Origin: an archaeon
GTDB lineage: Archaea > Asgardarchaeota > Thorarchaeia > Thorarchaeales > Thorarchaeaceae
Assembly: GCA_024276825.1 (NCBI GenBank)
Contig: JAJRWI010000073.1
Span: forward strand, 1-30,259
Direction: 5' to 3'
Length of the DNA: 30,259 nucleotides
The notes below the pieces were generated by a model that did no database searches, was not told the origin of the DNA, and saw only the letters and a list, made by a program, of their open reading frames with translations. Positions 19,046-28,904 of the stretch are shown here, piece by piece. The position numbers were made by a program, and so were the translations under genes. Each line of letters starts with the position of its first letter. Positions within the stretch are counted from its first letter, which is position 1.

Positions 19046-20497
19046 ATGCGAATTAAGACGACCCAAAAGACTCTGACCAGCGTTGGCATCGACGTTGGTT
19101 CATCTACTTCTCACTTGGTCTTCAGTAATTTAATACTAGAAAAAGACCTTCAGAGTCGAACTGAAAAATTCGAGGTTTCAAAAAAGGAAATCATCTTCTC
19201 GGGTCCAATCCACATGACTCCATTTAGTGATTCTGATGCGATAGATTTCCAGCAACTTAAGGAGATGCTTCTTGACGATTATAGGACTGCTGGTATTGAT
19301 CTCAATGAAGTTGATACGGGTGCTGTGATAATTACTGGTGAGAGTGCCAAAAAGGAGAATGCATCAGAAATTGTCGAAATGCTTGCTGGTGAAACTGGGA
19401 AATTTGTTGCCGCAGCTGCAGGACCCAATTTTGAATCGATTCTTGCAGCGTATGGTTCGGGTGCAGTGGCTCGTTCAGGAAACACTAATCAAACAATTAT
19501 GAATGTAGATGTTGGTGGGGGATCATCAAATATTGCTATCTGCAAGAGTGGTAGAGTGATTGCTACTTCAGCGATAAATGTAGGTGGACGGCTAGTAGCA
19601 TTTGATAGGAGTAATCGGATCATAAGGCTCGAGAAGACTTGCACCAAAATAGCAGACCTAATTGGGATTGATATGGAGATTGGTGATACAATAAATGAGA
19701 GTCATATTCAAGAGATATCAAAACAACTTGCAAAGGGACTTGCTGATGCAATCAAAGGGCGGAATGACTGGAAAATAACTGACATGTTAATGATTACAGA
19801 CCATCATGGTTATTCTGGCCAGATTGATGATATTATTTTTTCAGGAGGAGTAGCAGAATATATCTACCATCGAGAAAAGAGATCTTTTGGGGATCTTGGT
19901 CCCAATCTAGCACTTGAGATAGGTAATCAGATGAAACTGATGAACTTTCAAATTATAGAACCAAAATATAGAATTCGTGCAACTGTGATTGGAGCAGGGC
20001 AGAGCAGTCTTAAGGTCAGCGGATCAACTACCTTTTTGAGCGCTAACATAAGATATCCTTTGAGGAACATTCCTGTTGTGGTGCCAATCATTGAAGAAGA
20101 CTCAAGGCCCACATCAAGTGATATCTGTGATTCGATCAATCAAGCTATCAGGAGAATGGATTTACAGGAGGGTGGTGATCATTTCATCCTTGCTTTCAAT
20201 GGTTCGGTGCGTCCTTCATATGAAAGACTGACTGAATTTGCCAAGGGTCTTGTTTCTGCATTGCCAAAAACCATAAGGAGCAACAAACCGATTCTTTTAT
20301 GTTTTAGTGATGATATTGGTAATAGTGTGGGCAATGTAATAAGACGTGAAACAAGTATCATCAACCCAATACTTTCAATAGATGAATTAACCTTAAATGA
20401 GGGAGATTATGTGGATGTTGGTGAACCAATCATTGAAAACCTTATAGTTCCAGTAATTGTAAAAACACTAGTGTTTAGTCAGGAGGGCGGAAAGTGA
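19046..20497 (+). CDS. eutA: EutA-like reactivating factor (ASKHA-fold ATPase)
   Basis: SVGIDVGSSTSHLVFS, TGAVIITGESAKKENA, FVAAAAGPNFES, NVDVGGGSSN, IRATVIGAG and PVIVKTLVF. Confidence 0.9.
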   Translation: MRIKTTQKTLTSVGIDVGSSTSHLVFSNLILEKDLQSRTEKFEVSKKEIIFSGPIHMTPFSDSDAIDFQQLKEMLLDDYRTAGIDLNEVDTGAVIITGESAKKENASEIVEMLAGETGKFVAAAAGPNFESILAAYGSGAVARSGNTNQTIMNVDVGGGSSNIAICKSGRVIATSAINVGGRLVAFDRSNRIIRLEKTCTKIADLIGIDMEIGDTINESHIQEISKQLAKGLADAIKGRNDWKITDMLMITDHHGYSGQIDDIIFSGGVAEYIYHREKRSFGDLGPNLALEIGNQMKLMNFQIIEPKYRIRATVIGAGQSSLKVSGSTTFLSANIRYPLRNIPVVVPIIEEDSRPTSSDICDSINQAIRRMDLQEGGDHFILAFNGSVRPSYERLTEFAKGLVSALPKTIRSNKPILLCFSDDIGNSVGNVIRRETSIINPILSIDELTLNEGDYVDVGEPIIENLIVPVIVKTLVFSQEGGK

Positions 20498-20913
20498 TGA
20501 CTTGGAAGAAATATGCCGAGCATATCAATATGCATGAGTATGTCCCTGATATTGTTGTAATTGAGGAAGAGCATATTTTGCATAAACTCTATGCTGATGT
20601 TCTCTCATTGATAGGACTTGCAGTTTCACATGGATTCAAGACTTCTTCAGAGTTCATCGAAAAATACCAGTTTGATGAACCAAGAATAATCATACAGCAT
20701 CATACATTGTTGGGCGTTAATGGTTTTGAGCTATTGAGATACATAAAGGAAAAGGACCCCATTTCATATGTCATAGTCTTGACAGCCGCTCATCATACCA
20801 AGGATCAATACATGAAGATTGGGGCAGATAGTTGGATTGAAAAGCCCTGTCGAATGAATGTTCTTTTTGAAAATGTGATTCAAGGATGCAAGACAATTAA
20901 TGAACGGATTTAA
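20494..20913 (+). CDS. Stand-alone receiver domain lacking the phosphoacceptor Asp (pseudo-receiver)
   Basis: CheY-like pattern VVIEEE / IIIQHH..NGFELL / VIVLTA / GADSWIEKP. Overlaps eutA by GTGA. Confidence 0.8.
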   Translation: MMTWKKYAEHINMHEYVPDIVVIEEEHILHKLYADVLSLIGLAVSHGFKTSSEFIEKYQFDEPRIIIQHHTLLGVNGFELLRYIKEKDPISYVIVLTAAHHTKDQYMKIGADSWIEKPCRMNVLFENVIQGCKTINERI

Positions 20914-21114
20914 TGCATATTAGGTATTGCCAACGAATGGCTTGATTCTGGAGTAGTTGATTGAAATTTGACATGATGTGTTTAAAATATGGTAGAACTT
21001 TCCATTCACGGAGCCTTAACAATGTTATTTGATTGAAAGAAAAATAGACTGAAACAATGTGATTAAAAAACTGCAAGATGCTGCTTTTCAATCACAAAGT
21101 TTCATTTATGTTTG

Positions 21115-22491
21115 CTAAAGAGTAGCCGCTGTCATTTTACAATCCGAAATCCGAACTGCTGGGATGATTGTTGGTGTGTAGACCTCCCACCAGTAGACCT
21201 GTTTAAGGTCCCTGCCCATTGCTTCAATGTTCGCAAGAATTCGGAGTGTATTGTCACTGATTCGTAGATTCTTAATTGGTGTCATTTTCCCACTCTTTAT
21301 GAGAAACATTGCGTCTCTCGGGATTGTGGAGAAATCGCCCGTCATTGCATTCTGAAAGCGCGTGTACCAGTTGCTCGTGACATAAATAGTTGGCCTATTA
21401 CCCTCCAATAGTTCTTCCATAGAGTGATCTCCAGCACTAAATACTATGTTTGTGTTGTCAGGAAGCAACAGTTTCAAACCACGGCCAGCTTGAATTATCT
21501 CAGAGTGTCCTGTGGACTCTGTGTCCATCATTCTAGCTGTCGTAGTATTATGAATGAACGATTTCAATATTCCGCTGTCGAGAATTGCAACCTTTTGAGA
21601 AGCTGTGCCTTCAAAGTCAAAGGGTCGACTGCCTAGTCCTCCAGGAAAGATAGGATCATCGTTAACTGTGATGTTTTCAGGAGCAAGTTGTTCACCTATC
21701 CGATCTCCCAATGGAGACATCCCAATCAAGACCATAAACAGATTGGCCCGCTGAATAACATCACCAATCACGTTGGCTGCTACTGTTGGGCTAAGGACAA
21801 GGTCATAGGTCCCAGGTTCACCCTGACTGGCACCAATAGCATCCTTTGACAGACTTCCAGCCTGAGCCCCCGCCTGTTTCATCGCTTCTTCATCTTTGCT
21901 TGGAGTCGTTCCACATTGAAGCCCTTGGCCCGAGTAGTCAAGTTCCTCTTGAAATGCTCTGACATTTAAATCGTAATATGTTGCTTGAAGGTCTCCTTTG
22001 GCCCCGAAACTTGAGTGGAAATAGGACATTGACCTGCCAAACTTAAGAGCTCCTGCCACTCTCTTGGCACCATTATTCAGCGCTTCCTCGATTGTAGCAT
22101 TCACAAACTCTGGGGCCTTAGGCACAAAGTCATCAAAGTGCTCATCATAACGTTTCTTAATATTGCGATAATTGAATTTTCGAGTTTCAGCACCATGGAA
22201 AAACATTGATTCAGGCATTTTAGAGGTGAATGATATCAAATCGTCAATTGCCCTTTTCACATCATCCACATTACTTGCTGCTCTGCTAGTGACTCCTATC
22301 TGACTTCCCTTATAGATGATAAAGATCTCAAGATTAATGCTCTTCCATTGTTTCATTATGTCAATGGCACTCTGTGAGAACCTAATTTGGTAGGTGTCTT
22401 CGTAAGTTCCCCTTATGATTGCTCCCTCAGCTTTTTTCACAGCATAGTCAATGCCAGAATCAATCAAGGTACGAATAGAATCCATCTCCAT
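21115..22491 (-). CDS. pmbA: TldE/PmbA family protein
   Basis: PGTYDLVLSP, PFDFEG and TGDFS, with no HExxxH. 1 nt from the tldD stop. Confidence 0.88.
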   Translation of the reverse strand: MEMDSIRTLIDSGIDYAVKKAEGAIIRGTYEDTYQIRFSQSAIDIMKQWKSINLEIFIIYKGSQIGVTSRAASNVDDVKRAIDDLISFTSKMPESMFFHGAETRKFNYRNIKKRYDEHFDDFVPKAPEFVNATIEEALNNGAKRVAGALKFGRSMSYFHSSFGAKGDLQATYYDLNVRAFQEELDYSGQGLQCGTTPSKDEEAMKQAGAQAGSLSKDAIGASQGEPGTYDLVLSPTVAANVIGDVIQRANLFMVLIGMSPLGDRIGEQLAPENITVNDDPIFPGGLGSRPFDFEGTASQKVAILDSGILKSFIHNTTTARMMDTESTGHSEIIQAGRGLKLLLPDNTNIVFSAGDHSMEELLEGNRPTIYVTSNWYTRFQNAMTGDFSTIPRDAMFLIKSGKMTPIKNLRISDNTLRILANIEAMGRDLKQVYWWEVYTPTIIPAVRISDCKMTAATL

Positions 22492-22492
22492 C

Positions 22493-23935
22493 TTACCCCA
22501 CGCCTCCCAGTCGGATATTTCTGATTCTTAATTCTCCACCTCCTGCATAGACTGGAATTCCCTGCATTGGATCGCCCTTTCCGCAGGTAGCAGGAAATGG
22601 TAGCCTCAATTCTTTTGAAACTGCATCTATTGATGTGAGTAATCCCACACTTGTTGTTTCAAGAACAGGTCGCTTAACATAGGTCTCAGTGACCTCGCCA
22701 TCCTTGATAAGGAATGCTTCACAACCAGTATATTTCGACTGATATCTTCTGTCGTCAATGTTCCACTCGGTGAAAGTTGTCATGTATACCCCTAGCTTTA
22801 CATCCTCAATTAGTTCTTCAAAAGAGTAGTCGCCCGGTTCGAAGTAAGTGTTGGCCATTCGGATGATTGGTTCGCGATTATAATTAGTTGCACGAGCAGC
22901 ACCATTTGAGCCCAGCCCAAATCGCACTCCAAACTCTCGGTTCAACAGAGGTTCATTGATAACTCCATTCTTAATGAGTTCGCGTTTTCGGCTTTTAACG
23001 CCCTCATCATCATATTCATAGAAGCCGCCCGTAAAGGGAATTGTAGGATCATCACTGACTGAAACAACATTTGAACCAACACGCGACTCACCGATTTTAA
23101 GGTCCCTCCAGAAACTCTCTCCAGCTTGGGCACCTTCACGCCCCATAATGCGGTCTCCTTCGCTAGGATGCCCAACATTCTCATGCGCAATAATACCAGC
23201 AACCTCGCTTCCAACTACCATGTCTATTGGGCCATCCATTAGCTCCTTCACTTCAACTGCCTTGTCAGCAACATTCTGAATTCGTTTGGCTTCAAGCTCA
23301 GCAAGTTCAATCAGTTTGGCTTCTTTGACACGTTCCCAGCCCCCGACCTGGGTCATATCGATGTATCGCTGCTCGGTCCCGTGATCACCCTTTGCGGCTA
23401 AAACTAGCATAATGGTGATGTATGGCTTTTCGCTAGTGATTTCTGTTCCCTCACTAGTCAGTAAATACTGTCTTAGGACTGAAGGCGACATGATCACGGA
23501 ATATGACGCAAGGCCAGTCAGGCCTTTGTTTATTTCTCGCATGGTCCCCATCAGTGTGTCAAGGTCAACATCTTCAATCGATTGCTTGGCTGGAACACTC
23601 CATTGGGCCTTTATTGACACTGGTTCGCCAAGTTCGATGGGTTCCTTCCTCTTGGCGTTCTTTGCAATCTTTATTGCTGATTCTACAGCATTTGATGCGG
23701 TTTCACGATCCAGAAGATTAAATGCGGCAAACCCAAATGATCCATTTACAAGAATCCGAATACCTATACCAGCTGAAGGTTCAGTCCCGCCCGATATGGG
23801 CTCTCCATTTCTATAAACAATGCCCTTGGAATTTAATCTAACATATCGGGCATCAGCATATTCTGCTCCTTGGTCTTGTGCTAGTCTTATGCAATGGTCA
23901 ACTATATCTTCTCCAACATTCAAAATTCTCGCCAA
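22493..23935 (-). CDS. tldD: TldD metalloprotease subunit
   Basis: HENVGHPSEGD (HExxGH), DDPT, YDDEG, RMANTY and CGKGDPMQ. Confidence 0.92.
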   Translation of the reverse strand: MARILNVGEDIVDHCIRLAQDQGAEYADARYVRLNSKGIVYRNGEPISGGTEPSAGIGIRILVNGSFGFAAFNLLDRETASNAVESAIKIAKNAKRKEPIELGEPVSIKAQWSVPAKQSIEDVDLDTLMGTMREINKGLTGLASYSVIMSPSVLRQYLLTSEGTEITSEKPYITIMLVLAAKGDHGTEQRYIDMTQVGGWERVKEAKLIELAELEAKRIQNVADKAVEVKELMDGPIDMVVGSEVAGIIAHENVGHPSEGDRIMGREGAQAGESFWRDLKIGESRVGSNVVSVSDDPTIPFTGGFYEYDDEGVKSRKRELIKNGVINEPLLNREFGVRFGLGSNGAARATNYNREPIIRMANTYFEPGDYSFEELIEDVKLGVYMTTFTEWNIDDRRYQSKYTGCEAFLIKDGEVTETYVKRPVLETTSVGLLTSIDAVSKELRLPFPATCGKGDPMQGIPVYAGGGELRIRNIRLGGVG

Positions 23936-24072
23936 GCAAAAAGAATGAATTGTCGGATAAGAATCTTATTACTAAATCAATATAGTGATTATATGGAATA
24001 TTCTAAATATTGCTATTATTTCATTTTGTAATGTTAATTAAGGATTAGAACTCATTTGACCATTTGAAATGT

Positions 24073-24501
24073 TCAGCTATAGCGGTTGACATTGTCAATG
24101 AACCATGGAGCAACTCTAGCCCTTTCAACTCTGTCGGAAGAGGGCATGTAGGGTTTGATATCAATTATGGGAGTTTCATCAAATGCATCAATCTGGTCAA
24201 TCTCTATTGTATGTGTTTCATTATCAATTCGCAGGATTTTTACAATTGAGAGACCTATGGGTGTAGGTCTGAGGGGAGAGCGTGTTGCAAAGACTCCAGA
24301 GAGTTCTGCTCCTTCAATAGGAGGAGTCACCTGTAAGGTTTCACGACTGCTAGCATTGTCATGACCAGTAATCCACCACAGTACAATGATGTGGGAGAAT
24401 CGGTCAAGGTTAAAGGTGCCCTTCCAATACTTATCCTTGATAATCAGAGCTGTGACATTATTCTTCCTTACACGACCAATTTCAGTGGCATGAAGAATCA
24501 T
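24073..24501 (-). CDS. tsaA: TsaA/TrmO-like SAM-dependent tRNA methyltransferase
   Basis: FSHIIVLWW, GVFATRSPLRPTPIGLS and DAFDETPIIDIKPY. Confidence 0.88.
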   Translation of the reverse strand: MILHATEIGRVRKNNVTALIIKDKYWKGTFNLDRFSHIIVLWWITGHDNASSRETLQVTPPIEGAELSGVFATRSPLRPTPIGLSIVKILRIDNETHTIEIDQIDAFDETPIIDIKPYMPSSDRVERARVAPWFIDNVNRYS

Positions 24502-24756
24502 CGGAACTCATTTACTAGTGAGAAGATAATATAATAAAGCATTTGAGATAGTTCTATTAAGTGATTTTAAATGAATAACTAATCCCTATGCATTGTAATA
24601 TTAGATAATTAAAGGAAAGTACATAGTTGATCATTCTCCAAGCTTTAGCATTCAAGCAATGTATTTGAGTCAATTGAAACCTATCATACTTAGACTATCA
24701 AGATAACCACTGAATTCCAATTTGCACTTCTTTTGTTAGGCTATCTGCAATAATCA

Positions 24757-26484
24757 TCATAAGGCAAATAGGAGAAGGCGAGTTATATTGGAACGCAATT
24801 CATCCTCCGGGATATATCCCGTTAATTCCTCGTGTCCTATTCGAATAGTTGGGAGTGCTGGCAGATCGCTCTCCTTCACACCTGAGGCAGGATCATCCAC
24901 ATTTATCACTTTTATAGCAGACCTGCCAACACCCAATTCATCCAGAAGGCCTTGAAGTATTTCAAGCATGGGGCCACAGAACACGCAATGGTCCGATTTG
25001 TAAAATATGATTGGAGCAATCGCGATCTCTTCCTTCCAGGCAGGCAATAAGATGATATATTTGCTTCCTTGCTTATAGTCACCTGGAATCCTGTCTTCAA
25101 TCCAGATCTGGCCATCCAGTTTAGTAATGTAATGCTCCACAAGAGTCAGGCTGAAGTCTCGTTCTGAGGAGTAGTCGGTCTTTGCACCAGGTAGTTGAAA
25201 CATCTTTTCCTTAACGTTGTCGGGGATGCCACGTGCATAATCAATAATCTCAATCTTGATTGCATTTCTTAATTCATCCTTGTTAGCTTGTATCTCTATT
25301 TTCACGGTATCACTGGAATCACTGATCATTGTTGAATACAAAATATTGAAGAATATGTTCCATAAGAATGCATGACCCATGACCTCAAGATCCTTGGGAA
25401 TATCGACTTTTGCATCCAAAGTTTTGTTTTCAAAGTCCCGGTCAACCTCACGAATTGCACGATTGATATGAGAGAGTAATTTTGTCTTCTGCACCTTGGC
25501 TAATGGTTTTGAAAGTGACATTAATACGCCAACATTTGCTATTAGCCGTGAGGCACGACGAATATCCCATGACATCTTGGCAAGCATGGAACAGGCATTA
25601 TCAGAGAGATCTTGTGATGTCCTCAAGTCTTCTATTGTATACAATGTATTGTGATAAATCTCATTGAGGTCCCTAGTCATGACCTCAAGATATAGATTGG
25701 CTCTCTCACGTTCTTCAAGGAGCCTTTGCTCAGCAGCTTTTCTACGGGTCACATCAACTGCCATGAATCCAATCTCAGATTTGCCATCAGTAGTCATGGC
25801 AAGAGCTTGAGCCGACACGCTAACCCAGATTTCTTTCTCATCCTTCCTTTTCATCTGAATCTCAATACTACTAACACGCTTTCCCCAATTCACCTCTCTT
25901 AAGATGTCGCCACATGGATCATAGGGCTCCTTAGTCACAACAAACTTAGAGAGTTGAACACCAATCATCTCTTGAACATCACAACCGAGCAGCTTCTCCG
26001 CTGCTGCATTCGCCTGTTGAATTATCCCTTCACGATTGAGTGTAAAATAGGCGATTGGTGAGAGATCGTACAGTACAGCAAATCTGTCTTCTAGTTCCGC
26101 CACAGTAGATTCAAGAGTAAGCTCCTTAGTTATGTCTTTTATAGCTGCCAGAATAGCTTGGGAGTCATCATATTCAACAATTGTTGGGTGAATTTCAACT
26201 TGCAGGATTCTATCGTCTTTTGTCAAGAGTTGCGCATTGAAACGCTCTAGGGTCCTGCCCTCAAGGAAAGACTTCAATATGCTTGAATTGCGATATTTAA
26301 AGCGGCTTTCTACAATGTCTTCAAAGGGCATGTCGACTAGCTCATCACATTCGTATCCCAGCATGTCGGCAAATCTCTTACTTGCCTTTATGATGAACTC
26401 ATCTTGGACAATCAAGATACCCTCATGAACGATGTCCATTATTTTGTCTATCCAGTTCATGGCTGACATTTCTGCAACTCTCAT
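24757..26484 (-). CDS. PAS-PAS pseudo-histidine kinase with C-terminal CxxC thioredoxin-like domain
   Basis: Paralog of 7315-9060 with H-box EVMTRDL (H to R), N-box NILYS and G2 ERDFSL. Tail FYKSDHCVFCGP...ALPT. Confidence 0.88.
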   Translation of the reverse strand: MRVAEMSAMNWIDKIMDIVHEGILIVQDEFIIKASKRFADMLGYECDELVDMPFEDIVESRFKYRNSSILKSFLEGRTLERFNAQLLTKDDRILQVEIHPTIVEYDDSQAILAAIKDITKELTLESTVAELEDRFAVLYDLSPIAYFTLNREGIIQQANAAAEKLLGCDVQEMIGVQLSKFVVTKEPYDPCGDILREVNWGKRVSSIEIQMKRKDEKEIWVSVSAQALAMTTDGKSEIGFMAVDVTRRKAAEQRLLEERERANLYLEVMTRDLNEIYHNTLYTIEDLRTSQDLSDNACSMLAKMSWDIRRASRLIANVGVLMSLSKPLAKVQKTKLLSHINRAIREVDRDFENKTLDAKVDIPKDLEVMGHAFLWNIFFNILYSTMISDSSDTVKIEIQANKDELRNAIKIEIIDYARGIPDNVKEKMFQLPGAKTDYSSERDFSLTLVEHYITKLDGQIWIEDRIPGDYKQGSKYIILLPAWKEEIAIAPIIFYKSDHCVFCGPMLEILQGLLDELGVGRSAIKVINVDDPASGVKESDLPALPTIRIGHEELTGYIPEDELRSNITRLLLFAL

Positions 26485-26572
26485 TTAAACTGACGCATAT
26501 TTCCAAATAAACAAAACTGGTTTCGAGGCCAACAAGAAAAAAAAAGGCTTTCAATAGACTCCATTAGGTCTA

Positions 26573-26842
26573 ATGGAGATTTAGTAAATAAGCAAGCCCC
26601 TTCTTAGTGTATTAATTCTTGGAAGTCTGAACTTCCTTGTTGGACTCTTTCTTCTAGGCTCATTGGTAATATCTGGCTCGCTTGGACCAGTTCTTATGTA
26701 TGGCTGGTTGGCCTTGATCTGCAGATTAATTGTAACTATAGGACTGTTTTATATTGTTCTTGAATGGGAACACATTAGACTGAAAACTTGGAATGGTGGA
26801 TCAACATCATATTTGCAATTTTTAATCTTATACAAAGCCTAA
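26573..26842 (+). pseudogene. Possible small membrane-protein gene remnant
   Basis: ATG GAG ATT TAG TAA followed by 84 open in-frame codons with two TM-like stretches (PLLSVLILGSLNFLVGLFLLGSLVI; VLMYGWLALICRLIVTIGLFYIVL). Confidence 0.35.
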
Positions 26843-26935
26843 TATCATTCTCATCAGTGGCTTGATTCAGTCTTATTATCAACTTGATAAAGTCCTTTAC
26901 CTTAATCGGAGCTCGATAAAGAGAATGCTCAAGGA

Positions 26936-28036
26936 CTAAATCGTGTCTGCCAATATTGATTTGGCCTTCCCCAGCTTTATCTTTAGTATTGAGATTATTC
27001 GATAATGAATTGGTACTATTACGAACCTTTCCTCGGCTGGTTCTTGTTCAAGCATGGGTGTAATTAGCGAGTCGGCAACCTCGTCAGTAGCTGGCAGGCG
27101 GAACCTCAAAATAATGGTCCCATACACAAAGAGTATTGGTAATGGAAGAATCAATGAGAAAAAAGCATTAGCCGACATAGAGAGGATCATAAGAAGTGAT
27201 GGCATAAATACTGACCATGCCATACTCAAGACACCCATACGAATAACAGCAGCGCGGTCAGTTTCGTTGCAGAGGTATTGAATCACACGCTTAGCGAATA
27301 ATATATGAAATATTGCAATTAATTGAACAATGATCATTGGAAAAGAACCCAGCACCATATATGAAAAAAAGTACTGACTCATGCTAAAAAACATAAAGGG
27401 TGACATTATTGTGGCGGTCAGCATACTATCAATAGCAGCGAATTGTTGAAGGATTATGACAAAGGGTGCAAAAAATGTTATTATCATTAAGACTATTGTG
27501 AGCACTATCACATTTCCTGCTTGCCTCTCGAACCTTTCCATATCTTCAAAATCATCCATAGTTTTAAGCATGACTTCAATTTTTTTATATATTGGTCGCA
27601 AGCTGATTGGAAGAATGACAAAGACAAAAACTACTAATGCGGGCAGTTGCATAACTAATGACACAACACCACCATATGTATATTCTATTGGATTCACCCA
27701 GCTAATAGGCGTGAGCATGCTAATTGCAAAGCTCAAGATAATCGCGATGGCGGCCTCAAATCGCGGATGTGAGATCATTTTTTTCTGTTCCAAATAAAAA
27801 AAGGTCATTGAGGGTATTGCTATTAAAACAGCAGATAAAACTGAAAGACCTGTGATATATGGAAATAGCAGGGTATTTGGATATTGAACCATTAATGCCA
27901 TGAAGAATGTAAAGACATAGATATACTGTTCCATTGGTTCATAGCTGACTGCTTGCAACGGAACAAAGCAGAGTCCCATCAATAGAAGTAGTTCTTTGAA
28001 AATTAAAGATGAATCAAGTTCCTTCAATGACGGCAC
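26936..28036 (-). CDS. Polytopic membrane protein of unknown function
   Basis: 366-aa ORF with about 9 hydrophobic segments and no recognised motif. Confidence 0.75.
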   Translation of the reverse strand: MPSLKELDSSLIFKELLLLMGLCFVPLQAVSYEPMEQYIYVFTFFMALMVQYPNTLLFPYITGLSVLSAVLIAIPSMTFFYLEQKKMISHPRFEAAIAIILSFAISMLTPISWVNPIEYTYGGVVSLVMQLPALVVFVFVILPISLRPIYKKIEVMLKTMDDFEDMERFERQAGNVIVLTIVLMIITFFAPFVIILQQFAAIDSMLTATIMSPFMFFSMSQYFFSYMVLGSFPMIIVQLIAIFHILFAKRVIQYLCNETDRAAVIRMGVLSMAWSVFMPSLLMILSMSANAFFSLILPLPILFVYGTIILRFRLPATDEVADSLITPMLEQEPAEERFVIVPIHYRIISILKIKLGKAKSILADTI

Positions 28037-28157
28037 CTTTGAATGATTTTCTGTCTATATCTATTTAAGCATGATGTGAGGGGTATTCACCAGTCATCTA
28101 TTCTGCTTACTCATTTGAATTGCAGGTTGAGGATAATGACGATTAGAAGAGAAAAAA

Positions 28158-28744
28158 TGAATTCACGAAAAACGGCCATTCTGGCAATTTTTAGCTCAAT
28201 TGTAATTGCACTTGAAGTGTTTCCTGTACCTGGTGTCACAGATTTGCCATTCTATCCATTTGGAATCCCATTCACCATTGATTGGACTGGCATCCCACTT
28301 GTTGTCATATTCTTGCTACTTGGGCTGGCGCCATCACTATTTGGCACTTTTATTGTGCTCATTGCCATAGGGTATAGAAATCCCATTGGTGCAGTGTTCA
28401 AATTCACTGCAGAATTTCTAACCATTCTGGGTGTTTATGTGGCTCATTATCTATTGCGTGATCGTTCTGGCAACAGGTTAGTAAAGCTCGGCGTGTATCT
28501 TGCAGTTGGTGCCTTGTTCAGAGGACTCGGAATGTTTATTGCAAATCTGTTCCTTCTCCCTTTGTTTTATCCACTTTACTATCCATCGTTTGATCTTATT
28601 CTCTTTGCCTCATATGTCTTAATTCCTTGGAATGTGCTGCAAGCCATAATCAATATTGTTGGAGGCTTTATTGTGTATGAAGCAATCCCCATATCTTTAA
28701 AAGATCAAATTATGAGCGAGGGAGAACAATTGGAATTACCATGA
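28158..28744 (+). CDS. ECF transporter S component-like membrane protein
   Basis: About 195 aa with 5-6 TM segments. AILAIFSSI (AxxxA-like), FTIDWTGIP and LIPWNVLQAIIN. Start 28136 or 28158. Confidence 0.75.
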
Positions 28745-28833
28745 ATAGCTATATTTGAATTATATAATATTCCAATATTGGGATATTAAAAAACGAGCCA
28801 CGTGATATACTCATAATTGGCTAAAAACGGCAC

Positions 28834-28875
28834 AAATAAAAAACATTGAGTGGCGGGAAACACTCCCAACACTCA
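28834..28875 (-). terminator. Hairpin plus T-tract terminator of ssb
   Basis: Minus strand TGAGTG-t-TGGGA-gtgtt-TCCCG-c-CACTCA followed by atgTTTTTTATTT. Confidence 0.65.
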
Positions 28876-28904
28876 TGATATAGACTTTAATCTGCTATTG
28901 GGAT

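Noticed and set aside
7315..26484. Kai-type circadian clock (Trx-fold kinase plus pseudo-receiver, like SasA/CikA)
   Set aside because: No KaiC is present in the window, and the Trx domains are C-terminal with CxxC, unlike KaiB or SasA. The resemblance is an analogy only.
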